DNA of 64,000 nucleotides from Octopus vulgaris. Taxonomy: Eukaryota. Each line of letters starts with the position of its first letter. Positions within the stretch are counted from its first letter, which is position 1. The notes below the pieces were generated by a model. The model did not search any database and was not told where the DNA came from. It saw nothing but the letters and a program-made list of their open reading frames with translations. The position numbers and the translations under genes are program-made. Positions 1-13,683 of this stretch are shown here, piece by piece. Location: positions 30,318,001 through 30,382,000 of the forward strand of contig OX597815.1 of assembly GCA_951406725.2 (NCBI GenBank), in the 5' to 3' direction.

Positions 1-1995
1 ATCTCTCATATAAAGTTGTTTGTCAGTACGAGTTATTGAGAACATCCAATTAATTTACACACCACAGAGAAACATAAAATAAGCATTGTTTATTACGGGG
101 ATTAAATTCGTTAATTTTTTGCCGGCCACGCTAGATTCGTTGCAGCTTCCTGTTTTTAATATCCAGATATTATCTCCAAAATAGAAAGTATATGTAAGAG
201 GAAAACAACCAGCGAAAGACACCATTTCAGCTGTCCCTCTTGTGAACCTAACAACAAACGTATTAGGAAATCAATATAGCAAACAAGCGTAGTCTTGTAA
301 TTATTATGTTTGCTGATATTGACTGAGATTTCTTATCAGTATTGGAGCGTTTGCTAGGAATTAGTCAACCGAAAAAACAATAAACGAACAAAAAGGAAGG
401 AAAATAGAATGGATATAAAAAGATTTATATGCATGTTTACATTCTTGTTCATTTACAGTGCTATAGAGAAACACGAAAACATGTATACACACCTCGAACA
501 GAAAACGTACTGGAAAAAGTGGAATATAAAAAAAAAAGAATTGATTCAGATAAAAAACATTAATTAGTTAGAGAAATTATTAGTATCAGTAGTTCTCTTT
601 GAATTAACATTTACTTTAGTTGAGCATAAAAAAATTGAATTTTATTAAATGATTAGTTTCGGTATGACATGAAAGACTAATACTGTAAACTTATGAAAAA
701 TAAAAAAAATGTTTCGTGAAAAACTGAGATAAACTTTACTAAACTGTACTAAAAGATACCCATGACAAGAGAGAAAAGAATTCACTTCACTAGACTTCAT
801 TTACTATTAATAATAAAACTTTCACTATGGAATCTGTTTTATTTATGTCTGAGGCTATTGAAAAAAAGTTCAGTTGTGAAATTCGTTAATAGGGATTACT
901 TGTCACTAAACAAGTCACTCCACTAAATATCGATTATTCTTATTTCGTACTTCCTTATAAGCAATTTATTTACATTCAATAAATTTTGGTTTGATGAAAC
1001 ATTTAGAAAGCTTGGCGTGTTTTGGTAAGTTTATTGGATACCGTAAGAGAATATTGTATTTAGTAATCAATGCTAACAGACCAGATCAATACTAAATCTA
1101 CCAGACAGAACTTGGTTTCATGTGGACAGAATAGAGAGTGAAATGATGGAAATTTTCTTTCAAACTATAATGGCTGCATAGTATGAGAAGTATATGAGAA
1201 CATCATGTGTTAAATATAAAGCACAAAACATCTGGGACTGACGAGAAAAATAGAAAGGAAAGATAGGGGGAGAGATTGGAGGGAGACAGAGTGGTAGGTC
1301 AAATAAGATAATCATTCTAGAGGAAATCATCTGGAAAACAAGTCTCCACCATATTTCTTCAATAAGAAGAAAGATTCATACTTACATAGAAGCTATAGTA
1401 ATGAAATTAGTAAGATGGATGAAATTAGCCAGTATTATAGAAGGCTGTTATGATATAAATACTGATATAAGGTAAACTTCTGTTGATGATAGTTGTTATG
1501 TGAAAGACGGCTGAGAATGTAAATGAACTGATAAACAACAAGGCCAGGTGACTTAATCAATAGAATATGAACAAGATGGCTACTTCTCGCTGACGTTATT
1601 TGATCAAATACTGATCAGCTGACAGTGTTGTGGACACTGCCTTTTATAGTCACAAGGTTTAAAAAGTGTTGTCATTGTTACACAGAAACATTGCTTCTAA
1701 ACAACTCATAAAATTAAGTTAGCCACCTTTAGACAGTAAAATCTAGAATCTAAAGAGAAAACAAAATATTGCTGCACTTCTTTAGAATTTTACTACAAGA
1801 CAAACATAAAAGAATATACAAATATACCCACACACAAGCACACAAATTTATACACACATATACAGTCACGTTGAAGTATTGAAAATACAAACACCTACAC
1901 ACTCACGCGTTCAAGTACTCCAGTACACGCATGCATACACAGATCCACCCCCGCACACACACAGACACAGACACAGACACACAGACACAGACACA

Positions 1996-2058
<63 letters not shown>

Positions 2059-2981
2059 GATGAGGTCACCCGCCGAAGGTGATGTATGGGTGTTCAGGCT
2101 TTTTGCTAAACGATTGAGATCACTCCCTCCAACAAATCAACGTTTCTTCATCAGGTGCATGATGTGCCACACGTCAGGTGTCGAAGTAATCGCCTAACGG
2201 TTAGTGTGTTGCACTCGCGATCGCGAGATCGTGGATGTAATTCATACACAGGGTGGGGGGAGGTTCTGGTCTTGAGCAAGGCACTTCATATATATATATA
2301 TATATAATGTTTATCTAAATCTTGTACGACTCTATTCTTTCTTTCTATCAGCCCTGTCACGCTTATTTGTTCACCCCACTCTTCGTTCTTTCGTTCCCCC
2401 TCTTTCACAGTTCCCTGCCTTCTCTTTTCACTTCACTGTGTCCCTGTCATTTTTCTCGCCCCTCCTTAATTCTGTCCTTCTGCCTTTACCCCTGCCTTTT
2501 CTCTCCCCACGTTGCCGGTGTTCGGCCAAGCCTGATCTTTCTTTCTTGGTTCGGTCGTCGTCCGTGCAACATCTATATTCCTCCCTATGTCTGTGAAATA
2601 TTGTATCCCTGCTGTAAGACTTTATTTCCACACAGCCCAGCTTAATTTAATTCGTTCTTAGTCGAGAGACACCTGTTGTTATGTCCTGTTATTTGTATTT
2701 CTGTAACATTCTCCGTTGTTTTCTGTCTTTGTTTTCGTATACATTCGCTGCTTTCTTCCAAGGAATTTAATGCTCTTAGCTTTGTTTTTTTCTTGGGGGT
2801 GGCCAGATTGGAGCAATCCCGAGTATAGTCAACCGAAAATGCGAAGATAATCTCGAACTCGACTAAGGAAAGTAAACTCCGGATGACCCGACCTTGTTTT
2901 CTTTGTATCGTCTATCTGGGTGTTTTGTTGCTCCTTTTTTGTATCATCTGCCTGAATGTTTTGCGTTCTTGTCCCATTTTG

Positions 2982-3082
<101 letters not shown>

Positions 3083-3098
3083 AGTTTGTATGTATGTA

Positions 3099-3193
<95 letters not shown>

Positions 3194-3299
3194 TGCGATA
3201 GGTAAATCGTCGCTATTTTATATTTTTAATTTCACGCATGCGCATTGTTTGTTTCTGATTTTGTCAAACTACAGGATAGTAGGATCAGTTGGGCACTGT

Positions 3300-3556
3300 C
3301 TGTGAGAAAAATAGCACCATGACATTATTCACTCTGCCAAAAATTTGGAAACGATATACTGTAATGCTTGGCATTCGCGCCGGAAGCTCCAATACAAACT
3401 TTCCAGAGTCTTTGGGTGTCAATCGGAGGATAGAGCATGTACCAAGAGTGATAAAAATCATAATAATCAAACATCCAGTCAATATCATGGTGTTTGGAGT
3501 GATCACTAGTGATGGCGACGTTATACCTCCAGTCATCTTCCAACACAGGCTCAGAC
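3300..3556 (+). mobile_element. Internally deleted Tc1/mariner (DD37D/maT-like) transposase remnant
   Basis: KHPVNIMVFGVITSDGDVIPPVIF..RLRL resembles the K-H-P..VMV.G..S.G motif of maT/DD37D transposases. The N-terminal IRAG segment is shared with the 13684-14720 element. Confidence 0.65.
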
Positions 3557-3559
3557 TTT

Positions 3560-3930
<371 letters not shown>

Positions 3931-3958
3931 TTTATATTCATATATTAAAGATATTTTT

Positions 3959-4270
3959 TTAATCCGCATCATTAACTGGTTGTTTAATATTGTTATTTCC
4001 GTTCAGAACAGGGTTTTTTTCTTTTATTATTCTTCTAACTTCACTTGTGTCATGTAGTTTGTGGAAAGGAAAAATTAGAAGCATTTTCTGCCCACAAGTT
4101 TCTATATGTTCGCTCAGTGGAAGTTGGCGAACATCAGTGTTCAAGATTTGTTGACTGTGTAATTGTGAACGTTCCGATAATACATTCCCTGCCTCGTCAA
4201 TATGTAGTTCCTCGCAATTAGGGCATTTACTGAAGTAGATCAAATTTCTGCTTTTGCAGTTCATATCTGC
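3959..4270 (-). mobile_element. Decayed PLE GIY-YIG endonuclease fragment (CxxC between GIY and YIG halves, Neptune-like)
   Basis: Translation MNCKSRNLIYFSKCPNCEELHIDEAG..LSERSQLHSQQI..LSEHIETCG..IFPFHKL..RRIIKEK. Similar to the 10668-10914 fragment (RQIPLSEHIEKC, FPFY). Confidence 0.8.
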
Positions 4271-4623
4271 ATTTGCGACACCAACTAAGTTTGCTCACCT
4301 ATAAAGCATTACATAAACCCATTACAGTATATATATGTAAACCGTAAGCTAATTAGTTAAAATGAAGGCGTGATCTATGCCAGTAATATCGGTACGTCCG
4401 GTAAACCGTGACGTTTAAGTTGCATGCAAACTGATCAAACCGTATTCCAAAAATTCAGCTTGTTGGAGCCTTAGAAGAGGTAAAAAAAATGAAGAAGTTA
4501 GTAATTTTACTGAAGTTGTCAAGAACTCAACTGTCAATTAAATACATTTTGAAATCTGATGATTACTACGAACATATGAAAGCGCTAATTGAACTTTATT
4601 AACATTATAAAACATTTCTTAAT

Positions 4624-4822
4624 AGATAAGGAAATAATTTTATTCTCAAACGCAGGCTAATGTTAATAATATAGCATGAACAGGATAAACAACATATTTT
4701 GTAGAAACAAGTCTTATGGCTGGCCGCCGACACATTTTTCTGCAAAGTATGGGTAGCTTATCCTGTTCATGCTATATTATTAACATTATCCTACGTTTGA
4801 GAATAAAATTATTTTCTTATCT
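4624..4822. repeat. Fold-back inverted repeat (~85-bp arms), MITE-like
   Basis: agataaggaaataattttattctcaaacgcaggctaatgttaataatatagcatgaacaggataa pairs with ttatcctgttcatgctatattattaacattatcctacgtttgagaataaaattattttcttatct, with few mismatches. Confidence 0.85.
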
Positions 4823-5189
4823 TTCATTACATCACAACTCTTCTAAAACAAACTTTGTTTACTTTCATCGTAATTTGAATTTATTTTTTTAATGTGTAAC
4901 TCACTTGAACATTGTTAAAACAAAATTTTTTTTAAAATACCATGATAAAAGTTGTGGAAATCAGACCATGTTTTAACATTATTCAACTGATATGTATGTG
5001 TGTGTGTCTTTTTGTGTGTGTAGCCAATTCAAAGAAACAAACAATTAAAATACAGAGAAAGACGAATATTGTCCGTTGTTGGGGTTTAATTGTAGCCTGA
5101 TGGAGTGTGTATGGATGGTGCGTAAGGGTGTTGTGTATGGGCCAATATTCGTATAAGGAAAGAAAAGTGTGAGTTTGTCTTTAAGTTAA

Positions 5190-5540
5190 GTGTTGGGGAT
5201 ATATGAGATTTTTTAGCGGAAAACACTGACCTAGACAACTCGGTTATAGAATGGGGGTGTGGGGGGGGGTTGTTAAAGATGTTTTCATTTGCTAAAAGAG
5301 AAATTCTAATGGAGATACCGGTGACGATAGTATTATGGCTAAGTGCAGGGTGAGTGGATAGGAAGTGGATATATTGTAGTGATGGCAAGGGTAGTATACT
5401 TTTGCACCTAAGTCATTGGTAATATCTTAGAAATTAGCTACATTGGTGTCGTCTTCAAAAGAGATAGTCAAGTTGAATTTTTTAAAGAATATATGGAGGG
5501 TTTTCTGGGTGTGTTCAACTGACGGTCGAAATAAACCGGT
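5190..5540 (-). mobile_element. Decayed Naiad-like PLE RT fragment (late palm/thumb)
   Basis: Frameshifted translation FFKKFNLTISFEDDTNVANF*DITNDLGAKVYYP..LQYIHFLSTHP..IVTGISIRISLLANENIFN. It aligns by eye with the 24060 ORF segment FGLSITIDTNLTVVNFLDVSLDL..YKP..LSYINVGSCHP..LVKNISKRISSLSSNEDIFN. Confidence 0.75.
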
Positions 5541-6147
5541 GGCTGTATGGAGTGTATCAGTCCACCTGCTAACAATAATGCAACCCTAAGACACTCTACC
5601 CGATTAAGTAATATCAACCGTAACGATACTTCCCATACTACTACTAACATGACCACATATAACAGCGGGGAAAACATCTCCAGTTCAACACCTGTACTGA
5701 TAATACCTCCGGTAATTTGGGGGGTAACTGACTATACCAATCAGACCTTTGCAGGGATTAACTTCAATCTCATGGCCTCCTCCTCCTTCTCTCATCTTAC
5801 ATCGCCTTCTCAGGTCTATAGCCTCCACCATCCCTTATTAATAACATCTGTTGTCAACACACACAACAGCGACGCCACTCTTCTGAATACTATCCATTCC
5901 ACCCATCATCACTTATCTCTCTATTCAACCACTTCAACTATTTTTTCAATCACCTGGTCATTCGCTCTCCTTCTTCTTGCTCTGCTTCTCCTATCCCTTT
6001 TTGCCCTTCTTCTGCTTCAACGCTCTCCTCACACAACCTTCTCCTCACCTGCTTCCTCCTTCAACCAACTTCTATTTGCCTTCTTCATCCATTCTACTCT
6101 TTATATTTTCTGCATCATGATCTGATCTGTTAGATCCCAATCTCTCC

Positions 6148-6290
6148 ACCTTGAAGACGGAGGCCGAATTTACGTTATGGCTTATATGCATTCCACTACT
6201 GATTGTATATCCTTGACTTTTTGCACGCCCCATCTGCCAACGTGACAACTATCATGTAATTCACAACTTACAGAAACAGCTGTCGAAATA
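6148..6290 (+). ncRNA. Degenerate hammerhead-ribozyme remnant at end of a pyrimidine-rich PLE-like 3' region
   Basis: TTGAAGACGG at 6151. GAAACAGCTGTC at 6273-6284 has a palindromic stem III and a GUC site. The long intervening stem II is not clearly foldable. Confidence 0.35.
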
Positions 6291-6474
6291 ACATACCTTC
6301 TTCCCTTAGTTTCCTGTATTTTTTGTACTCCATGTAAATTTGTATTGCCAAAATCGACTCTTGTGTGTGACATTTAGGAAAATATGCTCTGCAATATCCT
6401 TGTATTAACCAAACGTTAGATCAATTTGAGTTGCGTGTATTTACGCAAATACGTATCTGCATATGTACACATTA

Positions 6475-6506
6475 TGATGTTGTTGTTGTTGTTGCTGTTG
6501 TTGTTG

Positions 6507-6571
<65 letters not shown>

Positions 6572-6572
6572 G

Positions 6573-6640
<68 letters not shown>

Positions 6641-6782
6641 TTATTATTATTCAGGTCACTGCCTGGAATCGAACTCGGAATCTTGGGGTTAGTAGCCCGC
6701 GCTTTTAACCCCAAGATTACGAATTCGATTCCAGGCAGTGACCTGATTAGTAGTCGTAGTAGTGGTAGTATTATTAGTAGTG

Positions 6783-6881
<99 letters not shown>

Positions 6882-7060
6882 CCGAAAAATATTTTAGGAA
6901 TGAGAACCCAGGTTCGAAATTTCCACAAGAGACCTGATGAAGGCTGGAAGGTATATCAGCCGAAACGTTGTGTTAACAACATAGAAGATGAGGAAAAATA
7001 TCCGTCAAATGCAAATAATGTAAATAATATACATAATTCCTCATCTCTTAAATATAGAAC
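6475..7060 (+). mobile_element. tRNA-headed, hammerhead-bearing non-autonomous element with inverted 5' copy
   Basis: 41-bp inverted arms at 6651-6691 and 6706-6746 each carry a B-box-like TTCGATTCC. Flanking (ATT)n and (AAT)n tracts mirror each other. HHR at 6929-6974. Confidence 0.7.
6929..6974 (+). ncRNA. Minimal type I hammerhead ribozyme
   Basis: CTGATGA (6934-6940), A, stem II GGCTG..CAGCC, then GAAAC GTT with palindromic ACGT stem III and a GUU site. Stem I gagac/gtgtt is imperfect. Confidence 0.75.
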
Positions 7061-8080
7061 TGTATATGTACATTTCAACGAAGAAATCGATACATATGTA
7101 TCTTCTAACTCCACCCGATATACCTTGTATATATTTCGCCTGATTTGCACAGACATGTCATTCTCCTTTACACCAGTGAAACAGTAATAACGGTATAATT
7201 TAATTCCATAAGGGAAGAAATTATTTCTAACAAACAAAATTTCTTTCATGCTTAATATATAGAAAATCCTCAAATTTGAGATTCTGGACAATGTCCTTCG
7301 ACTGTTAATATGAAACGTTCGTTTTCCATATTTATGAAATATATGTGTACCATGTCAAATCTTACGTCTACCTTGAGCAATCTGTAATTTATTCTCGGCA
7401 CTACAGTCAAGCATTACCACATGCAGCATCAATGTATTTGAAATAATTTCATCGACGGAAAATGCTTAAAAAGGCAAGTATTTAGTCAGAAGAGAAGATA
7501 GCAAGTAGTTATTTTGAAAATCGAAGTCGAATGGGAAGCTGATTGAGAAGCCCATTCTTATTGCATAAATCTACATTCAAGAATAAGGAAAAGAAGCAAA
7601 ATTACCTATTCCAGATAACACACTGAGTTAATGTTCAAATGCTGTCACAAGGACGAATAACAGCTTGCAAATATATCAGTTTACCGTGTATAGAAACACC
7701 AAAAAGTTACAACTGATGCTTGTCTAGAGCTCTATACGTCGCAATCTTCCAAGATTTCGCTGTTATAACATCTATTAAACGTCACTTTGTAGAAAACTTG
7801 CAGGGAAACATATGTTTAACAAAATATATATAGTAAATTGAAAGTGTGTCTATTTGTGTGCATGTTCGTAGTTACTAATCTTTAGACGTGCTGGAGTATT
7901 TTAAATGCCTAAGACAAGTTTTATCGGCCTTACTAATGTTCCATCACAATTTGAAATTCATTAGAAGGTTGCATGTATGTATGTATGCATATATATGATT
8001 TCAATATGTGAAGCGTGTGTATCGTTTGCGATTTTCTTTCTCCGTCTTCCCTTCCTTGGACTTTTCCTTTTTTTTTCTAT

Positions 8081-8115
8081 ATTTCTGACGAAGAGCTCCG
8101 CTCGAAACATGAAAT
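8081..8115 (+). ncRNA. Degenerate minimal hammerhead ribozyme
   Basis: attt-CTGACGA-a-GAGC-tcc-GCTC-GAAAC-atg-aaat. Core and stem II intact, cleavage triplet mutated. Downstream sequence is related to 43740-43790. Confidence 0.6.
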
Positions 8116-8212
8116 CCTCCTTTTTCTTCCCTTTCCTGAGCGTCCAATAACACTATACTTGTTCCGCGTCCTCGTGTTGTTGTATTTTCTCTTTGTTCAT
8201 ATTTGGATTAAC

Positions 8213-8244
<32 letters not shown>

Positions 8245-8300
8245 TGTATGTATGTATGTATGTATGTATGTATGTATGTATGTATGTACGTATGTATATT

Positions 8301-8360
<60 letters not shown>

Positions 8361-8991
8361 ACTATATATAGCTGTATGTATGAATGTATGTATGTATGTA
8401 TGTATGTATGTATGTATGTATGTATGTGTCTATGTGTATATGTTTATAGATGCTTATTTCAAATGAGTTTTTGTTTAGCTGTTGACAGTTATATGAAAAC
8501 TTGCTAACCGCATTATATTCAAGTAATATGAATGACATTGCATACAAGACATTTACAGCATATGAATATGAGAATATACACGGACATGTTTATATATGGA
8601 TATGTATAGATCCATATGTTAAAAATACGAATAATTTCCATATATTGGTAACGCTTAGCACATAAAATATATGTATGCAGTTCCGTAAATATAAATTCGA
8701 AGAAAAAAATCAAAATTATTCATAAACATTCAGAAAGTTTTCATAGGCCTGTATTTTTAGCTGGATAAGCGTTGAACAGGAGGGGGATTAAGTAAGTAAA
8801 GTTTATATACATAGGTTTAAATATATGGACGTTTGACGTATATTTTCAGATATTTCCGAAAATACAATTCTGAATATTCCAGAAGATAACTCGTTCACAC
8901 ACACACACACACACATGCACACATTCATATACATGTATCATTCTTTTACAAGAATAATGTTGATAGTGAATTCGAAGATTTGGTCTGCTCA

Positions 8992-9354
<363 letters not shown>

Positions 9355-9709
9355 CATATCGACCGCACATAATCAATGGCATATCAGAAAATAGTTTTTA
9401 CTCTTTTTATATGTAGCCATAGACAGGCGATTCATTTCGTCTCCGGTTCGATTCATGTACGTGATGTTGATAAGCCACAGAATTGATAAAATATCTTCAT
9501 CCCTCACTCTACAATGCGATTAGAGGAGAGTGATCTCGGCTTTCTATTATTTCCAGGTGTTTTAACACAGAGCGTTGCGAAAGAGTTGCACCACCAAGCG
9601 TTAAATGCAGCAAACTGGCGAAAAAACAAAACGCATACATTGAATATGTGCAGGCGATACGGTCTGGGAAACTAACACCACTTTTAATTCAATATTGAAT
9701 ATACATACA

Positions 9710-9788
<79 letters not shown>

Positions 9789-9944
9789 GGAACAGAAGAG
9801 GTATATTTCTTTCAGCAGTTGATATCAATATAACAGTACACCCATGGTTTTGTTTTGGTTTCCTCATTGGTTTGTAGCCTGATCCATTAAAGTAGGTTTA
9901 CTGAGAGTGGCACCGGATTAGTTAAATCTATACATTGTGCATTA

Positions 9945-9981
<37 letters not shown>

Positions 9982-10047
9982 TATAGGCATATATATATAT
10001 ATATAGACATATATATAATATATATATATATAATATATAATATATAC

Positions 10048-10140
<93 letters not shown>

Positions 10141-10164
10141 TAGGTGAGATGTACAGAAATTGAA

Positions 10165-11688
10165 TATTGAGAGAAAAAGGTAGTCACAACATTGAGAAAA
10201 ATCTTTTTATTTCTTCATTATCATTAGCGCTTTTGTTCGTTTCTGGAACTCGTCAAATAAAATTTTGTTAATGTACAAACAGCGTGTTCATTTATATAAG
10301 ACAAGTGTTTTTAGGGAAGGAGTTGTTTAGAAGAGAACATAGTTTTTGTTTTTTGGTGGTGAGGTTCCATGACAATGGGGATGGATAGATAGAAAAATAG
10401 GTAGGTAGATAGACTGACAGATAGATTGATAGATAGTTAGACAGAGAGATAGATAGGTAGAGGGAGAGAGAGAAGGGTAATCCCTCTTCCTATTTACCAT
10501 TCATTTAATCATTTATTTATTTAGTTATTTATCATTGTATTGGAATGGGTTTAAGGACGGTGACCACTTCAAACAGAAGTCATCATTGAAAGGTTTTTGC
10601 TTTCCTTCTCTCTTCCTTTTTCCTTTTTTTCCGCTCTTTCTTTCTCTTTCTCCTCTTTGAGTTATATTCATATTGGACAAACGAGTATGACCTTGAGAAA
10701 GAGAACCACTCTATATAAAGAGCAAATCCGTTTCCCGCAATACAGGCAAATTCCTCTCAGTGAACATATAGAAAAATGTGCAGATAACATCAACCCAAAT
10801 TTCACAGTCTTCCCCTTCTACCAGTGCAAAGACACAATCTCTCCACTAGAACGTTTAAATAAAGAAACTTTTTTCATTGAAAAATACAAAACACGTCTTA
10901 ATATGCACGCATAACCAACTTTTATAATTTTACATATTTCAATTCACGATTACATCAATGTACATAAATCCCCTCACTAAACAAGGTTTTCGAAACTTGT
11001 CTTTGTCTGTACACATATATATTACCCTCACATTACCGAAAGCCGAACAGTTATCTCTCTTACACACAACAATTACAATAATAACGATAACCAATTACCT
11101 CCCTTTATTTATCTACTTGTGAAGTCATTCACTCGTGAATTTCATCACACACAACATGGACAAAATTTCCTTCTTAAGAAAAAATACATATTCAAACAAG
11201 TAATATTATGAATAGCGACAGCGAAACCGGTCGATATATTAAAAATTATATTAAAACTATGTAAGTGTGCGTATTTTCCTTCTTTAATCTTTTATATATA
11301 TATATAATTTTATTTTATTTTATTTTTTTAACTAAAAATATTTTTATTTGCAAATATTATACTAATGTTTTTTCATGCAGAACTACATTTCCTCAAAACC
11401 TTCTCTCCAAAATTGAATGTTTGAAAGAAAAGAGGAGACAGTATATTTTGTATTCTAAATATAAATCAAAGAGGGGGAAAGGAAAGAGGGAAAAAAAGAA
11501 AAAAAGAGGAAGAGAGAAAGAAAGCAGAAAGACTTTCAGTGATGATCACTTCGCACCTGTTATTTTTTTCTTTTTGAAGAAGTCACTATCCATAAATTCG
11601 TTCCAATACAATGATAAATAACTAACTAAATAAATGAATGATGAATAGGAAGAGGAACCGCCCTTCTATCTCTCTCCCTATCTCTATC

Positions 11689-11760
<72 letters not shown>

Positions 11761-11998
11761 CCTACCTGTTTTTCTATCTATCCATCTCCATTGCCATAGA
11801 ACCTCGCCCCCCAAAAACAAAAACAATGTTCTTTTCTAAACAAACCTGTCCCAAAACATCTTTTTTTATATAAATGAACAAGATATTTGTACATTCACAA
11901 AATTTTATTTGACGAGTTCCAGAAACCAATGAAAGTGCTAATAATAATGAAGAAATAAAAATATTTTCCCCAAAATTCTGACGACGCTTTTTTCTCAG
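10165..11998 (+). mobile_element. 5'-truncated PLE with inverted copy of its 3' end
   Basis: 10165-10667 is a diverged reverse complement of ~11459-11998. Between them, 10668-10914 encodes a GIY-YIG C-terminal half (HIGQTSMTLRKRTT..LSEHIEKC..FPFY..RLNKETFFIEKYKTRLN). HHR-like motifs at ~11110-11236 (GAAACCGGTC) and 11905-11945. Confidence 0.85.
11905..11945 (+). ncRNA. Degenerate minimal hammerhead ribozyme (second copy on - strand at ~10220-10262)
   Basis: + copy: ttatTTGACGAgttccagaaaccaatGAAAgtgcTAataa. - copy: ttatTTGACGAgttccagaaacgaacAAAAgcgcTAatga. Combined consensus gives stem II GTTC/GAAC, GAAA and palindromic AGCGCT stem III. Confidence 0.65.
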
Positions 11999-12027
<29 letters not shown>

Positions 12028-12029
<2 letters not shown>

Positions 12030-12349
12030 GAGACCCCCTTCGGTCACGACACAGACTATGGGATTGCACCTAGAAAGGTACCCTCCCAGGCACAAGACCG
12101 GGCAAGGTTGTTTATGGAAGACCAGCAGTCGCCCATGCATACCGGCCTTCCCTCTCCACGCCTCCAGTGTTATCCAAGGGAAAGGTAAAGGCTGATACAG
12201 CTTGGCACCTGTGACGTCGCAACTCATTTCTACAGCTGAGTGAACTGGAGCAACGTGAAATAAAGTGTCTTGCTCAAGAACACAACACGCAGCCCGGTCC
12301 GAGATTCGAGCTCACAACCTCACGATCGTAAGCTCGACGCTCTAACCAC
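12028..12349 (-). mobile_element. tRNA-derived SINE, family C
   Basis: Minus-strand head gtggttagagcgtcgagcttacgatcgtgaggttgtgagctcgaatc has A/B-box-like motifs. Near-identical copy at 43211-43530; partial copies near 2195-2290 and 19440-19680. Confidence 0.85.
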
Positions 12350-12380
12350 ATACATACACACACATACACACGCACGCACG

Positions 12381-12457
<77 letters not shown>

Positions 12458-13683
12458 GAAGCTATAAGGGTTACCAAGGCTCTCAACTGAATCTTATGGA
12501 AGAAACTGCTATTAGCTAAAGTAGTTCATAAGATAATCGTTTACTCATTTCTCATCTCACTTTTATGTCACCGCTCTCTACTCGACCAGCGCTTCGTTCT
12601 GAATCATATAGATATTGAATTCTATATATATTTTGTTAAGACATTGCGAGACTAATAACCTGGTGTAGATCACTTCCTGTCTTTTCATTTTATTCTGTTT
12701 TAGAGGAACCCCGTTATTGCTTACTCCTTACAAGGAAATATATACTTGGAAGCAGCCAACTATACTTAATCGTATTTTCTCATAACATATATGTAGTTAA
12801 TTTTTTTTTTTTGCTTTTTCTCCGTTTGTGAATGATAAATCGTTCATACAAATATTATGTACTTATCTAATAATAATGTTTTATTCAGTTAATTAGAGCA
12901 GTTTGTTTACTGACAGATAAATATCCATACAGTAATTTTTTTATGTATCTGAGAAAACTAATGGCTTTTGATTTCTTGAGGTTAATCTCTACTTCCGGTT
13001 AATTTATTATTTGATGATGAATTAATGGGTCATCTACGATGTTTAATATCATTTACACTCATAGATTTACATTGTTTTGATCGCTCTATAACTAAAACTC
13101 TTTCATAACTAATATATATTTTGTATCACCTACTTACTGATACTTTTGGCGCTCATGAAACAGGAGTCAATCTTCATACTTGTCTGACTCTGCATAACTT
13201 CGAATTAAACGATCATTTGTATTAATTTTTGAATATGTTATCACTCATATTTTTCTCACCTTATTCCCTTTTTTTTTCTCACCTTATTCCCTTATTTTAT
13301 CTACGCCTAGGTTTTGTGAAGCATCACCAGATTTGGCATTGATCTTTCTCTGTTTTCTAGGAATATTATAAACATGCTATTTAGATATACTACACAAGTG
13401 CGCACATAAACAGACACACAGTAAAACATATATAAGCATAACTAAATCTGATGAGTTGGATGGATGTTCTTTTAATGAATATTTAAATTGTTAATCGTTC
13501 TTACTTTTGAATAAGTAGACCACAATGGCTAGTGGTAATTATCAATGATAGAAACAACAACAGTACATTGGACCCGTTGGAACTGGGACAACAAAATGCT
13601 AATTTCAACGGGGCTGGAGATTATAGAAAACTTGAAAAATCGAATCAGCTTTTGGTAGTCAAAGCAATGATGAACTGGAATTA

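Noticed and set aside
5547-6125. 192-aa ORF
   Set aside because: Low-complexity C/T/A-rich tract typical of TE UTR; no recognisable domain.
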